Positions 1 through 9,392 of a stretch of 64,000 bases of DNA are shown one piece after another (the stretch's first letter is position 1; each line of letters opens with the position of its first letter). Source of the DNA: Elusimicrobiota bacterium. GTDB lineage: Bacteria; Elusimicrobiota; Elusimicrobia; UBA1565; UBA9628. A program made the position numbers and the translations under genes. The stretch is from assembly GCA_023249675.1 (NCBI GenBank), contig JAHFCE010000006.1, positions 72,325 through 136,324 on the forward strand, given 5' to 3'. Below the pieces are notes generated by a model. That model saw only the letters and a program-made list of their open reading frames with translations, was not told the origin of the DNA and searched no databases.

Positions 1-6
1 CCACGA

Positions 7-966
7 TCACTGGTCCCTCTCCTCGACGAGGATTCCGTTCATGTAAATCTTCACGCGCGCGCCGCCGGTCTCCTGAACCGGAACTTCGATCTTCGTGCCG
101 GGCTTGCGCACGCCGTTGAACAACTCGCGCTCACCGTACTTGTCGATGACGACGATGCGGACCTGGCTCTCGGAACCGCTCTGGGGCAGCTCGTACTTGA
201 AAATCTTGGCGGCGATGGTCGGCGCCGCGCCCTTGCGGCCGCTGACGAGAAGCTCGGCCTTCGCGTCGGGGGAGAGCACGGAGTCGGCGGCCGGCGCCTG
301 CGTGAGCACGGTGCCGTTGGGAAAAAGGGAGGCGTCGTCGGTTTTGACCTCAAGCTTGACGCCAGCACCCACGGCCCATGACTGGGCCTCATGGAGCGTC
401 TTGCGCAGAAAGTCAGGCATTAGCGCAACACCCGCGGGCGGCGCGCCGCCGGATACGACGAGATTAACCAGAGCGTCGCGCTCAACACTCGTCTCTGCCT
501 TCGGGTCCTGGGAAAGCACCATGCCCTTCTCCTGCTTGAGCGAGTAGGACTCGCTGACCTCCCCAAGGGCGAGTTGGGACTGGCGCAGCATCATCTCGGC
601 GTTGCGCAAAGGCAGGCCGGCGACGGCGGGTGCGAGCACGGTCTGTCCGCCCTGACTGACGATCACGCGGATCGTCTTGCCCTCGCGCACGATGGTGCCG
701 GCGGGCGGATCCTGGCGGAGCACGGAGGAAATCGGCACCGCCGCGTTGAATTCGACGCCGGTCTTGCGCAGGCCGAGGTTCAGCGGCGCCAGCTGATCGA
801 GCGCGGCGGCGATCGAACGGCTCTTCAGATCAGGGACGGTCTGCGTGCGGCGGGAGTGGATCAGCCCCTGAAGGCCCCAATTCAACGAGACGTAGGCGAA
901 CGCAAGCAAAGCCGCCGCGACGGCGGCGATCTCGAGCGTGCGGACTTCGACGGTTCTGGCGGTCAA
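7..966 (-). CDS. PASTA domain-containing membrane-anchored protein (repeated PASTA modules, no kinase domain)
   Basis: 319-aa ORF with an N-terminal hydrophobic anchor followed by several about 65-aa repeats of PASTA-like pattern. It lies downstream of fmt in the same orientation, with a start/stop overlap at 963-966. Confidence 0.7.
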   Translation of the reverse strand: MTARTVEVRTLEIAAVAAALLAFAYVSLNWGLQGLIHSRRTQTVPDLKSRSIAAALDQLAPLNLGLRKTGVEFNAAVPISSVLRQDPPAGTIVREGKTIRVIVSQGGQTVLAPAVAGLPLRNAEMMLRQSQLALGEVSESYSLKQEKGMVLSQDPKAETSVERDALVNLVVSGGAPPAGVALMPDFLRKTLHEAQSWAVGAGVKLEVKTDDASLFPNGTVLTQAPAADSVLSPDAKAELLVSGRKGAAPTIAAKIFKYELPQSGSESQVRIVVIDKYGERELFNGVRKPGTKIEVPVQETGGARVKIYMNGILVEERDQ

Positions 967-1922
967 ATCGTTTTTCCTGATAACGGCAAAAATCCGCCGA
1001 CGGCCAAACGAAGGCCGTTGGCGAATTCAGCCGCGCTAAGCGACTTTTTTCCCTCGGGTTGTACTTCGAGCAACCACAGACGACTGCGGGACGAACATTC
1101 TACCAAAATACCCCGACCCCGTTCAACGGCCAAGACAGACCCGGGGGCCCCTGTCCCGCGGGGATCGGACGGGCCCGCGGCCCCGGTTTTGAGCACCAAG
1201 ACCTTGCCGGAGGCGAGTTCCAACCAGGCGCGCGGCCAGGACCGGAATCCGCGCACCTGATTGCGCAGTTCTTCGGCCGGGCGCGACAGGTCGAGGCGCG
1301 CGTCCTCGCGCTTGATCAGGGGGGCGGAACTCGGAGCGCCTTCTTGGGCGCGCCGAACGACTCCTCCGGCCGCGATATCCGCCAGAGAGTCGTTCAACAA
1401 CGCAACCCCCAACGCCGTCAGGCGGGAAAGAAGTTGGGGCGCGTCCTCGTCAGCCGCGATGTCCGTCTCGGCGACCGACTGGATCGGGCCGGTGTCCATA
1501 CCCTCATCGAGCCAGAACAAAGTGACGCCCGTTTTTTTCTCGCCGCGGACGAGAGACCATTGCACCGGAGCCGCTCCGCGATACTTCGGAAGCAACGAGA
1601 AATGCACATTCAGGAAGCCGAGCCTGGTCGACGAGAGGACCTCGGCCTTCAAGATTCGACCGTATGCGACGACGACGGCGAGGTCGGCGCCGAACGCCGT
1701 TAGCTCAGCCGCGATCTCGGAGGGCTTCGCCGGCTGGAGGATCTTGAGCCCCAACTCGAGCGCGGCGGCCTTGACCGGCGTCGCCGCCGTCGCAAGACCG
1801 CGCCCAGCGGGCTTGTCGGGCTGGGAGACGACGGCGACTATCTCGGATTTTGAGGCGAGCAGACGCAAAAAAGGAACCGCCGTCTCCGGAGTGCCGAAAA
1901 AGATTGTTTTCATCACGCCCAA
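963..1922 (-). CDS. fmt: methionyl-tRNA formyltransferase
   Basis: Fmt hallmarks are FFGTPE near the N-terminus and HFSLLPKYRGAAPVQWSL. The 319-aa length fits, and it overlaps the def stop in the classic def-fmt arrangement. Confidence 0.93.
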   Translation of the reverse strand: MGVMKTIFFGTPETAVPFLRLLASKSEIVAVVSQPDKPAGRGLATAATPVKAAALELGLKILQPAKPSEIAAELTAFGADLAVVVAYGRILKAEVLSSTRLGFLNVHFSLLPKYRGAAPVQWSLVRGEKKTGVTLFWLDEGMDTGPIQSVAETDIAADEDAPQLLSRLTALGVALLNDSLADIAAGGVVRRAQEGAPSSAPLIKREDARLDLSRPAEELRNQVRGFRSWPRAWLELASGKVLVLKTGAAGPSDPRGTGAPGSVLAVERGRGILVECSSRSRLWLLEVQPEGKKSLSAAEFANGLRLAVGGFLPLSGKTI

Positions 1923-2425
1923 CCCGGCTTCGCCTGTTTGATCACGTCGAGCACCTTGAGCCGGTCCTCGAATGGCAGGCGGTCAACGTAGAGTTTGCCG
2001 TCCAAATGATCGATCTCGTGCTGGAAGGCGCGCGCAAGCAGGCCTTCTCCCGTCAGCTCCCTCGACTCGCCGTTCTCATCGAGAGCGCGCACGCGGGCGC
2101 GGGCGCGGCGGCGCAGCTTCGCGTACACGCCGGGCAAGGAAAGGCAGCCTTCCTCATCGTTGAGCTCACCTTCGAGCGAGAGGATCTCGGGATTGATGAG
2201 CACAAGGCGCTGCGGCTTGCCCTCGGGCTTGACGTCGATGACCGCAACGCGCAAGGACAGGCCGATCTGGGGCGCTGCCAGGCCCACGCCGCGGGCGGCC
2301 GCCATCGTCGCCCACATGTCCTTGAGCAAAGCGGGAAGCTCATCCTTGAAAGCCGCATAGTCGAGCGCAGGACAGGGGACCTTGAGGACTTTCTCGCCAT
2401 GCTTGATGATTCGTCGAATCGTCAT
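1913..2425 (-). CDS. def: peptide deformylase
   Basis: All three PDF motifs are present: GLAAPQIG, EGCLSLPG and HEIDHLDG. The protein is 170 aa and sits directly upstream of fmt. Confidence 0.95.
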   Translation of the reverse strand: MTIRRIIKHGEKVLKVPCPALDYAAFKDELPALLKDMWATMAAARGVGLAAPQIGLSLRVAVIDVKPEGKPQRLVLINPEILSLEGELNDEEGCLSLPGVYAKLRRRARARVRALDENGESRELTGEGLLARAFQHEIDHLDGKLYVDRLPFEDRLKVLDVIKQAKPGWA

Positions 2426-2441
2426 GGCAGCTTGTCCCGAT

Positions 2442-4439
2442 TTATAGATCGACGGCGTGCTCGGTTCCGGGGCCGAGGATGCGAAAGCGCACGGGCTGCT
2501 TGTCGGTCTGCAGCGAGCCCCAGGTCATCGCGAGGCGTTCAAGCTGGGCATCGGTGGACAGCTTCGCCGAGACGCCGAACACGACCTCGGTCGCACCCAC
2601 GGCTTGCGCCGCCTGGGTGATCGCGTAAAAGGGCTCATTGGAGACGACCAGAAGCGGCGTCACGGTCTTGCCGGACTTCTCGGCCAGCTCGAGCACGCGC
2701 GTGAACAGCTTCTGCTCTTCATGGTCCATCGTCACGGCTTCATCAACCAAGCCAAGGCCCGAGCGAATACGCGAGGTGAACACCACGAGGTCGGTGGTGT
2801 CATCATCGAGCGTCTCGAGCACCTTGGTCAGATGGTAGAGATTGTTGGGATCGCGCAGCGCGACAAGGACGCGGTGGGGCTTATCGATCTCCTCGCGCAC
2901 CATCTTGAGGTCATCGGCCTGGCGCAGGTTGAACTTCTCGTGCGGACTGTGGCCGCCGGCGTGCTGCTTCTCGTTCCAACGTTCCGAGAAAACGAAAAGT
3001 CCGAAAAAGACGGCAGTGAACACCGAGCCGGAAATCGTCGCGACCCGCTTGGTGAGAAGGTTCATGGACGCAGTCACGAACAGGATCAAGAATACCGCGG
3101 CCAGGCCGATCGGCCACTCGACGCCGTTGACGCGGATGTTGCCGGGCACCATGAACTCGCGGGGCTCGCGCTTCTTGAAGCGAAGCATCATGACGGCCAT
3201 CGTCTTGAACACGAACGACCAGACCACGCCAAAAGCGTAGGCCTCGCCGAGCAGGTACACGTCGCCGCGGCAGAGCAAAATCGTGGCGATCTGGAGGCCG
3301 ACGATGAGATTGATCAGGCGATGCGTGGTGCCGTACTTCCTATGCAGGCCGCGGAACCAGTCCACGAGGATGCCGTCCTCGGCCAGGCGGTTCAACACGC
3401 CGTTGGCGCCGACGATCGAAGTATTGGCCGCGCCCGCGAGAATGAGCACGCCCACGCCGACGACGAAACACTGCAGAAGCAGGCGCATCCAGTGGGGACC
3501 GACCACCGACATCGCCAGGCCGGAGAGAAGATTGTCGCCGTACTGGGAAATGCGCACGGAGTCGGGGATGATCATCACCGCGAAGAAGCTGACCGCCGAG
3601 GTGAGCAACATGCTGTAGATGAAAATCACCAACCCCGCGCGCTCGAGATTCTTGATCTTCGGGGCCTCGACCTCGCGGTACACCTGGGCCAGGGACTCCT
3701 CTCCGCTCATCGCGAGTAAGGAGTGGCCAAAGGCCATGATGATGCCGACGGCCCCGATGGGCTTGAGCCAGGAAACGCGCGCCGCCCAGCCCAGGCCCTC
3801 CTCGCTGAACGTGAGCGAAAACGGAGGCAGAACGCCGCCCCGGACCCACACCGTGTAGCCGCACCAAATGATCATGACCGCGCCCATCACGGTGGTCATC
3901 TGCATGATCTTCAGAGCCTTATCGCTCGACTCGTGAATGCCCTTGATGTTCTCCCACCAGAAGTACATCGTCGCCGCGACGGCGAAGAACACCGCGAACG
4001 AATGCGGATCCAGGTGCCAGCCGATGCGCAGGTAGGGAAAGAGGTTGTTGAGCAGGCCGGAGAGGTACTGGCCCGCCGAGACGGTCGAAATCGGGCCGGT
4101 CAGGATATAGTCGAACATCAGCGCGGCGGCCGAAAGCTTGGCAAGCTTGCCACCCATCGCCTCTTTGACCACCTTGTAGACGCCACCGCGCACGAACATG
4201 GAGCAGGACTCCATGTACACCGCGCGGATCGCGTAGGAGAAGAGCATGACACCGAGAATGAACCACGGAGCGGCGGGCCCGACCGCCTGCTCGACGATGC
4301 CGCCGATATAGTAGGCGGTGGAAGCCAGGTCGCAGAGGACGATCGCGGCCGCGCGCCAGAAGGAGATAAACGACAGCATGGCGGTCGTCAGGACGACGAC
4401 TTCCGTGACGCGTCGCCCCGGGCGGGGCTCAGGCTTCAA
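2442..4439 (-). CDS. APC-superfamily amino acid/cation transporter with a C-terminal universal stress protein (UspA-like) domain
   Basis: 665 aa. About 12 predicted TM helices with APC-type sequence features, followed by a soluble roughly 150-aa C-terminal alpha/beta domain resembling USP. Its start overlaps the stop of the upstream PtsN-like gene. Confidence 0.75.
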   Translation of the reverse strand: MKPEPRPGRRVTEVVVLTTAMLSFISFWRAAAIVLCDLASTAYYIGGIVEQAVGPAAPWFILGVMLFSYAIRAVYMESCSMFVRGGVYKVVKEAMGGKLAKLSAAALMFDYILTGPISTVSAGQYLSGLLNNLFPYLRIGWHLDPHSFAVFFAVAATMYFWWENIKGIHESSDKALKIMQMTTVMGAVMIIWCGYTVWVRGGVLPPFSLTFSEEGLGWAARVSWLKPIGAVGIIMAFGHSLLAMSGEESLAQVYREVEAPKIKNLERAGLVIFIYSMLLTSAVSFFAVMIIPDSVRISQYGDNLLSGLAMSVVGPHWMRLLLQCFVVGVGVLILAGAANTSIVGANGVLNRLAEDGILVDWFRGLHRKYGTTHRLINLIVGLQIATILLCRGDVYLLGEAYAFGVVWSFVFKTMAVMMLRFKKREPREFMVPGNIRVNGVEWPIGLAAVFLILFVTASMNLLTKRVATISGSVFTAVFFGLFVFSERWNEKQHAGGHSPHEKFNLRQADDLKMVREEIDKPHRVLVALRDPNNLYHLTKVLETLDDDTTDLVVFTSRIRSGLGLVDEAVTMDHEEQKLFTRVLELAEKSGKTVTPLLVVSNEPFYAITQAAQAVGATEVVFGVSAKLSTDAQLERLAMTWGSLQTDKQPVRFRILGPGTEHAVDL

Positions 4440-4968
4440 GCTTTTTGACCAGCTCGAGCGCCGCGGCGGGACCGGAAGACGCGGTGAGCTGATCGATGAG
4501 AGCCGCCTGAAACAAAGACGACACGCCGCGCAGGAGCTGGAGATGCAGCGGGAAGGCTTCCTGCTTGTTGGGGGAGAAGAAAAGGAACATCACGCGGATC
4601 GTCAGGTCCGTCTGCTTCGGGTCGGGAATCGGCTTCTTCAAGATCGCCATGCCGGCGAGAATCGTCGCGATGCCGTCCATGCGCGCGTGCGGCAGGCTCA
4701 GGCCGGTGTCGAGCGTCGTCGAGATGCCCTGCTCGCGCTCTTGAACCTTGGCGAGAAAGGAAGCCCAGTCGGCGATGCCCGCCTTGCCGCAAACCGCCGC
4801 GGCCAAGGTCTGCAGGACCGCGGACTTCTCCTGGCCTTCAGAGGGGAACAGGATGGTGTCTTCGGCCAGGATGGTCGAAACCTTCAGACCCTTGGCCGCC
4901 CGCGCCGGGGGCGTGGTTTTAGGGCCTTCTGCGGCCGGCTCGGGGGACTTTTTCTGAAACCAGGACAT
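4429..4968 (-). CDS. ptsN: PTS EIIA type-2 domain protein (PtsN / EIIA-Ntr-like regulator)
   Basis: EIIA-2 signatures: LEREQGISTTLDTGLSLPHAR with the phosphorylatable His in an LPHAR context, and VMFLFFSP. The 179-aa length fits. Confidence 0.8.
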   Translation of the reverse strand: MSWFQKKSPEPAAEGPKTTPPARAAKGLKVSTILAEDTILFPSEGQEKSAVLQTLAAAVCGKAGIADWASFLAKVQEREQGISTTLDTGLSLPHARMDGIATILAGMAILKKPIPDPKQTDLTIRVMFLFFSPNKQEAFPLHLQLLRGVSSLFQAALIDQLTASSGPAAALELVKKLEA

Positions 4969-5017
4969 GGGGGGGGCTACCGGCTGTATTATCGCACGGA
5001 GCCGGGGAAAGTGTCAA

Positions 5018-5803
5018 ATGGCGCAGAATGTATATAATGCCGCCGTGCGCAAGCCTCTCGCCGGCCGGTCTGTCATCATCACGCGCCCGCGCGCAAAATC
5101 GGGCGAAGTCGCCGCCGCCCTGGCGAAATTGGGCGCCCGTGTGATCCATGCACCTCTGATCCGTATCGTTCCTCCGCGTTCGTGGGGGCCGTTGGATGCC
5201 GCGCTCAAAACCTTCCGCCATTACGACGCCGTCGCCTTTACCAGTTCCAACTCCGTTGATTTTTTCTTTGCCCGCATGAAAAATGTTCTCGGTCGAAAGC
5301 CGGCCGCTCCTCGAGTTCTCGCCGCCGTCGGCCGCGCGACGGCGAACGCCGTTAAGAACAGTGGTTGGCGTTGTCACGTGATTCCCGAAGACGCGCACGC
5401 CGCAGGTCTCACGAAAGCGCTGCGCGTCCCGCGCGGCGCGCGCGTTCTAATTCCGCGCGCCGAGCGCGGCCTGGACACGCTTCCAAAGTCGCTGCGCACA
5501 GCCGGAGCCCGCGTCACCGTCGTCTCGGCCTATCGCACCGTTTCCGATCCGGGCGGCCTACGCTGCCTACGCCGTGCCCTCGCCCTCGGCGCGGACGCCG
5601 TCTGCTTCGCCTCCGGCTCCGCCGCCGCTCTCGGCGCTCGTGATTCGGCGTTGTCTGGCGCCGCCGCGGTCGCCATCGGCCCGACCACCGCCGCCGCTTT
5701 GCGCGCGCGGGGCGTCATCCCCGCCGCAGTCGCGAAGCGGCCCGATCCCGAATCGTTCGCCCGGGCCGTGGTCCAGGCGTTGCGAGGCCGCCCGACCGTA
5801 TGA
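5018..5803 (+). CDS. hemD: uroporphyrinogen-III synthase
   Basis: HemD-like two-lobe pattern (VIITRP, then a second half with RVLIPRAE and AVCFASGSAA). The start is placed at the ATG at 5018 with an upstream GGGGAAA; the longer ORF from 4967 overlaps the divergent ptsN start. Confidence 0.75.
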   Translation: MAQNVYNAAVRKPLAGRSVIITRPRAKSGEVAAALAKLGARVIHAPLIRIVPPRSWGPLDAALKTFRHYDAVAFTSSNSVDFFFARMKNVLGRKPAAPRVLAAVGRATANAVKNSGWRCHVIPEDAHAAGLTKALRVPRGARVLIPRAERGLDTLPKSLRTAGARVTVVSAYRTVSDPGGLRCLRRALALGADAVCFASGSAAALGARDSALSGAAAVAIGPTTAAALRARGVIPAAVAKRPDPESFARAVVQALRGRPTV

Positions 5804-6921
5804 ACGAAACTTTGATCATGGCCGGCTCGCGCACGCCGTTCGCCGCATGGAGCTTCGGCGTCACCGGACGCGGCGCGCCGGGCGGCGCGCTCAAGGAGCT
5901 CGATCCCCAGGATCTCGGCGCCGCGGCGCTCAAAGGCGCGCTCGCGCGCGCGCGCCTCTCGCCTCGCGACCTCGGTTTTGTCGCCTTCGGCAACATGTAC
6001 CAAGTCGGGCCTCATGGCTGCTACGGCGCGCGCTACGTTGCGCAACGCGCGGGCTGCCCGCCGGAAACGACCGGTGCGGCCGTCGCGCTCGCCTGCGGCA
6101 CAGGCCTCTTAGCGCTCACGACTGCCGCGGACGCCGTCGCGCGCGGCGAGGCCTCGGTCGCCGCCGCCGTGGGCGCGGACGCGCCCAGCCGCCTGCGCCG
6201 CGACATTTTCGTGCCCTCGTTCACCGACCTGTCCTGCGGCAAGCACATCGCCAAGACCGCCGAGGAACGCGCCCATGAAGCGGGACTTCCACGCGCAGCC
6301 ATGGACGCGTGGGCGCTGCGCTCGCACATGAAAGCGCGCGCCGCCTCCAGGCTTCGCGCCGAGGAAATCATCCCCGTCGCCGGCCTCGCCGATGACGACG
6401 CGATCCTCGAGAGCCCGATGCCTGAGAATTTCGCGGCGGCGAAACCCCTGTTCAGCGACGGAACGACCGTGATGACGCACGCAAACGTGCACGCCGTCGT
6501 GGACGGCGGCGCAGCGCTCATCCTCGCCGCGCCGAAAGCCGCGACAGGCCGCGCGCTCGGTCGCTTCGTTTCGTCCGCACTGGTTGGCGTCGCGCCAGAG
6601 CGCATGGCCTACGCCGCCGTGCCCGCCGTCCGCCTGGCCCTCGAGCGCGCCCGCTGGCGCGCCGCCGAGGTCGACGTCTGGGAGATCAACGAGACCTTCG
6701 CGGCACAGATCCTGCTCGATCAAGCCGAGCTCCAGATCGAAGCGGAACGCATCAATCCCAACGGCGGCGCAATCGCGCTCGGCCATCCCTTCGGCGCAAC
6801 GGGCGTGCGCCTCGTCCACACGCTTCTGCTCGAATTGCGCCGCCGGTCCCGCCGGCGCGGCGTGGCCGCCATCAGCGTCGGCGGCGGCCTCGGCATCGCC
6901 GTCTGCGTCGAAGCGCTTTAA
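5800..6921 (+). CDS. thiolase family protein (acetyl-CoA C-acyltransferase)
   Basis: Thiolase C-terminal signature NPNGGAIALGHPFGATG and ISVGGGLG are present. There is an ATGA overlap with the hemD stop. Confidence 0.85.
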   Translation: MNETLIMAGSRTPFAAWSFGVTGRGAPGGALKELDPQDLGAAALKGALARARLSPRDLGFVAFGNMYQVGPHGCYGARYVAQRAGCPPETTGAAVALACGTGLLALTTAADAVARGEASVAAAVGADAPSRLRRDIFVPSFTDLSCGKHIAKTAEERAHEAGLPRAAMDAWALRSHMKARAASRLRAEEIIPVAGLADDDAILESPMPENFAAAKPLFSDGTTVMTHANVHAVVDGGAALILAAPKAATGRALGRFVSSALVGVAPERMAYAAVPAVRLALERARWRAAEVDVWEINETFAAQILLDQAELQIEAERINPNGGAIALGHPFGATGVRLVHTLLLELRRRSRRRGVAAISVGGGLGIAVCVEAL

Positions 6922-7745
6922 AAGCGAAAGGCGATCGTGATGCGGTTGACGGTGCCGAGGGCGCCGAAGGGAATCCACGCGTAGTCAAGGCGCAGGGTGT
7001 TGAAGTCGAAGCCCGCGCCGGCGGAAACGCCGGCGAACCCATCGACGCCGCGCGTGCGGTTCTGGTCGTAGCCGCCGCGCACGCTGACGATCCAAGGTTT
7101 GGCGGAGCCGACCTTCGAAGCGGGAATGCGCGCCTCGACGCCGAGCGAGGTGTAGAGATCCTGGTCGACGGGCAGATTGACGTCGAGGCCGGCGTCGAAC
7201 GTCGGCGATAGGTGCCACAGGCCGCCGGCACGAATCCGAGCCGGCAGCGGGTCGGCGACGCCGCCGAGCTTGAGAGGCGGGCCGATGTTCGAAACCGAGA
7301 AGCCGGCATCCAGAGGGCCGTCACCGATGTCGGCGACGTTCCGGGCGAGGAGACCGAAGTCCGCGGCGGCCGTCGTGCCGCTGCGGTCGTCGAGCGTCGC
7401 ACGGATGATCTTAAGCCCGCCCGCGAGCGCGACGGGACCAGCGAGGCGGCGCGCGTACCATGCGCCGAGTGCTAGGTCCGTCGGCGTGAACTTGCCGGTC
7501 GCGTCGCCCAGGGCGTTGTACGCGGTCTGCGCGCTCTGCGACGCATAGAGCAGGCCCGCCGCAAAAGCGCCGTCGCGGCCCAGAGGACGAGCGTAGGCGA
7601 CGGAGCCGGAATAGGCGGACTCGAGCAGCGCGTCATAGCCCAGGGCGGCCTCGCTTGGGGCCTCGGCCCCGAGGCGCGAGAGCGACGCGGGATTGAGGAA
7701 CACGGCCTCGGCGCCGAGGCCCGCGGCGGCGCAAACGCCGCCCAT
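6918..7745 (-). CDS. PorV/PorQ-family-like outer membrane beta-barrel protein (paralog of the 50008-50991 gene); true start probably upstream of 7745
   Basis: Contains a GxGAxAxFLNPASL motif and a C-terminal aromatic beta-strand ending ...ITIAFRF. It shares the DYAxxPxGALG C-terminal block with the 50008 gene. The same frame stays open upstream and encodes a signal-peptide-like segment and a GTTSAAFLK block before the first ATG. Confidence 0.6.
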   Translation of the reverse strand: MGGVCAAAGLGAEAVFLNPASLSRLGAEAPSEAALGYDALLESAYSGSVAYARPLGRDGAFAAGLLYASQSAQTAYNALGDATGKFTPTDLALGAWYARRLAGPVALAGGLKIIRATLDDRSGTTAAADFGLLARNVADIGDGPLDAGFSVSNIGPPLKLGGVADPLPARIRAGGLWHLSPTFDAGLDVNLPVDQDLYTSLGVEARIPASKVGSAKPWIVSVRGGYDQNRTRGVDGFAGVSAGAGFDFNTLRLDYAWIPFGALGTVNRITIAFRF

Positions 7746-7882
7746 CGCCGAGACGCGCGCGCCGCCCGGCGATTTCAGGAAGGCAGCGCTCGTGGTTCCG
7801 GCCGCGCGCGAAGAGAATGCTCCGCTGGGAAAGAGACCGGCGCGGGCGGAAGTCGCGGCGACGACGAATGCTGCGAAAAGAC

Positions 7883-8686
7883 CTAGACGGGCCAGACCGG
7901 CCCCCGCCGCGTCTTTTCTTCGGGCGCGGGAACTTCCGGGACCAGCTCCACCTGCACCGGGGCCGGAACCTGCTCGATCGACTCCGTGACCGAAGTCTCC
8001 GGTTCCGACGAGACGGGCGGCGCGGCGATCAGCGCGCTCAACTCCATGCGGATCGTTTCATCAGGCGACAGAGCAGCCTTGGCCTTCGGCTCCGGGACGG
8101 ACTCGGGTTCAGGAGCGGCCGCGACGGTCGCGGCCGGAGCCGGAGCCTTCACGTTTTCGACGGCGCGGGTCAGCTCTCCCAAACGGTCGATCAGCGCCTC
8201 ATCGCGCGCGGCGGCCCCGTTGAGCTCATCATCCACGCGCTTGGCCAGCGCACGCATCTCTTGGCGAAGCTCGGTCAGTTCGCCCTTGATGTTCTGGAGA
8301 TGGACGACGGCGGGGCTGATGCCGCCGGTCGTATTCGCCGGATCCTTGCGGCGCTCGGGCCCCGCGTACTCGCCTTGGGGCTTGGACGTGAGTTCCGGCT
8401 CGCGGACCGGATGCGAGGCGACTGCGGCGGCCGGGGCCTCCTCGGAGATGTGCACCGGACGGACCGCCGGGGAGTTTTCCTGCTCCGCGCCCTGCTCGCT
8501 CTCAGTGACATCGGCCGCTTCGGAAGCGACGCGGTACTGACCAAGGAGGAAGAGGAAGAGGACCCCGCTGATCAGGAGCCCCGCCGACGAGATATAAAAC
8601 CAGCCGTCCGCCCAAAGTCCCATCATCATAGTAGAGGAATGGTATCCGTCCGGGGAGGTAAAGTCAACCGAACTAAATAAGTACAA
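7883..8686 (-). CDS. hypothetical membrane-anchored protein with an Ala/Pro/Glu-rich low-complexity and coiled-coil region
   Basis: 267-aa ORF with one N-terminal TM helix (LLISGVLFLFLLGQY) and a heptad-like middle segment (LTELRQEMRALAKRVDDEL). No recognisable family. Coding status is moderately uncertain in a high-GC background. Confidence 0.45.
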   Translation of the reverse strand: MYLFSSVDFTSPDGYHSSTMMMGLWADGWFYISSAGLLISGVLFLFLLGQYRVASEAADVTESEQGAEQENSPAVRPVHISEEAPAAAVASHPVREPELTSKPQGEYAGPERRKDPANTTGGISPAVVHLQNIKGELTELRQEMRALAKRVDDELNGAAARDEALIDRLGELTRAVENVKAPAPAATVAAAPEPESVPEPKAKAALSPDETIRMELSALIAAPPVSSEPETSVTESIEQVPAPVQVELVPEVPAPEEKTRRGPVWPV

Positions 8687-8693
8687 TAGCGCG

Positions 8694-9392
8694 ATGCCAA
8701 TGAGCCGGCCGCCTTATCGCCTCGCTTTTTGCCCTCGCCGCGAGGCCGAAAGGACGCTCAGCGACCCCGCCGAGCTGCGCGCGCGCTTTGGCCCCGCGGA
8801 GCTGGCCGAACTCGAGGCCCTGCCGGAGCGCCGCAAGCTCGACCGGGTGGCGGGACGCCTTGCGGCCAAGCGCGCGCTCGCGGCGCACTTCCTCGGCGAA
8901 TACGGCTGGGAAGCCGACGCCGCGGAACTCGCCGTGTTCAACGATGCGACCGGGCGCCCGCGCCTGACCTTGCCGAAAGGCGCGCCGGCCCCGGCGCCGT
9001 CCTTCTCGATCTCGCATTGCGCGCAGGGCGGGGCGGCCGCGGTCGCTTCCCCCGGACGCCGCGTCGGCGTGGACATCGAGACGATCGTCGCGCGACCGGC
9101 CAAGGTCATCGCGTTCGTCGCGACGCCCGAAGAGCTCGCGTCCGGACCCTATGATGATGCGGGAGCGCAGGCACGCCTCTGGACGGGAAAGGAAGCGACT
9201 CTGAAGATGCTGGGACTCGGCCTCGACGCGGACGCGCGCTGCGTCCGCCTCGAGGCTGACGGCGTGATTTTGACCGACAGGCCCGCGCAGGCCTGGTCCG
9301 CGCTCGGCTCGCCGAGCGTACATCTGGACTACGACGGCGCGGACGGCGCGCAAATCGCCGTCGCCTACACGGGAGACGATCACCATGGGTAA
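8694..9392 (+). CDS. 4'-phosphopantetheinyl transferase (Sfp/EntD type)
   Basis: PPTase motifs GVDIE (Mg-binding) and WTGKEATLK (WxxKEAxxK) are present. 232 aa. Confidence 0.85.
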   Translation: MPMSRPPYRLAFCPRREAERTLSDPAELRARFGPAELAELEALPERRKLDRVAGRLAAKRALAAHFLGEYGWEADAAELAVFNDATGRPRLTLPKGAPAPAPSFSISHCAQGGAAAVASPGRRVGVDIETIVARPAKVIAFVATPEELASGPYDDAGAQARLWTGKEATLKMLGLGLDADARCVRLEADGVILTDRPAQAWSALGSPSVHLDYDGADGAQIAVAYTGDDHHG

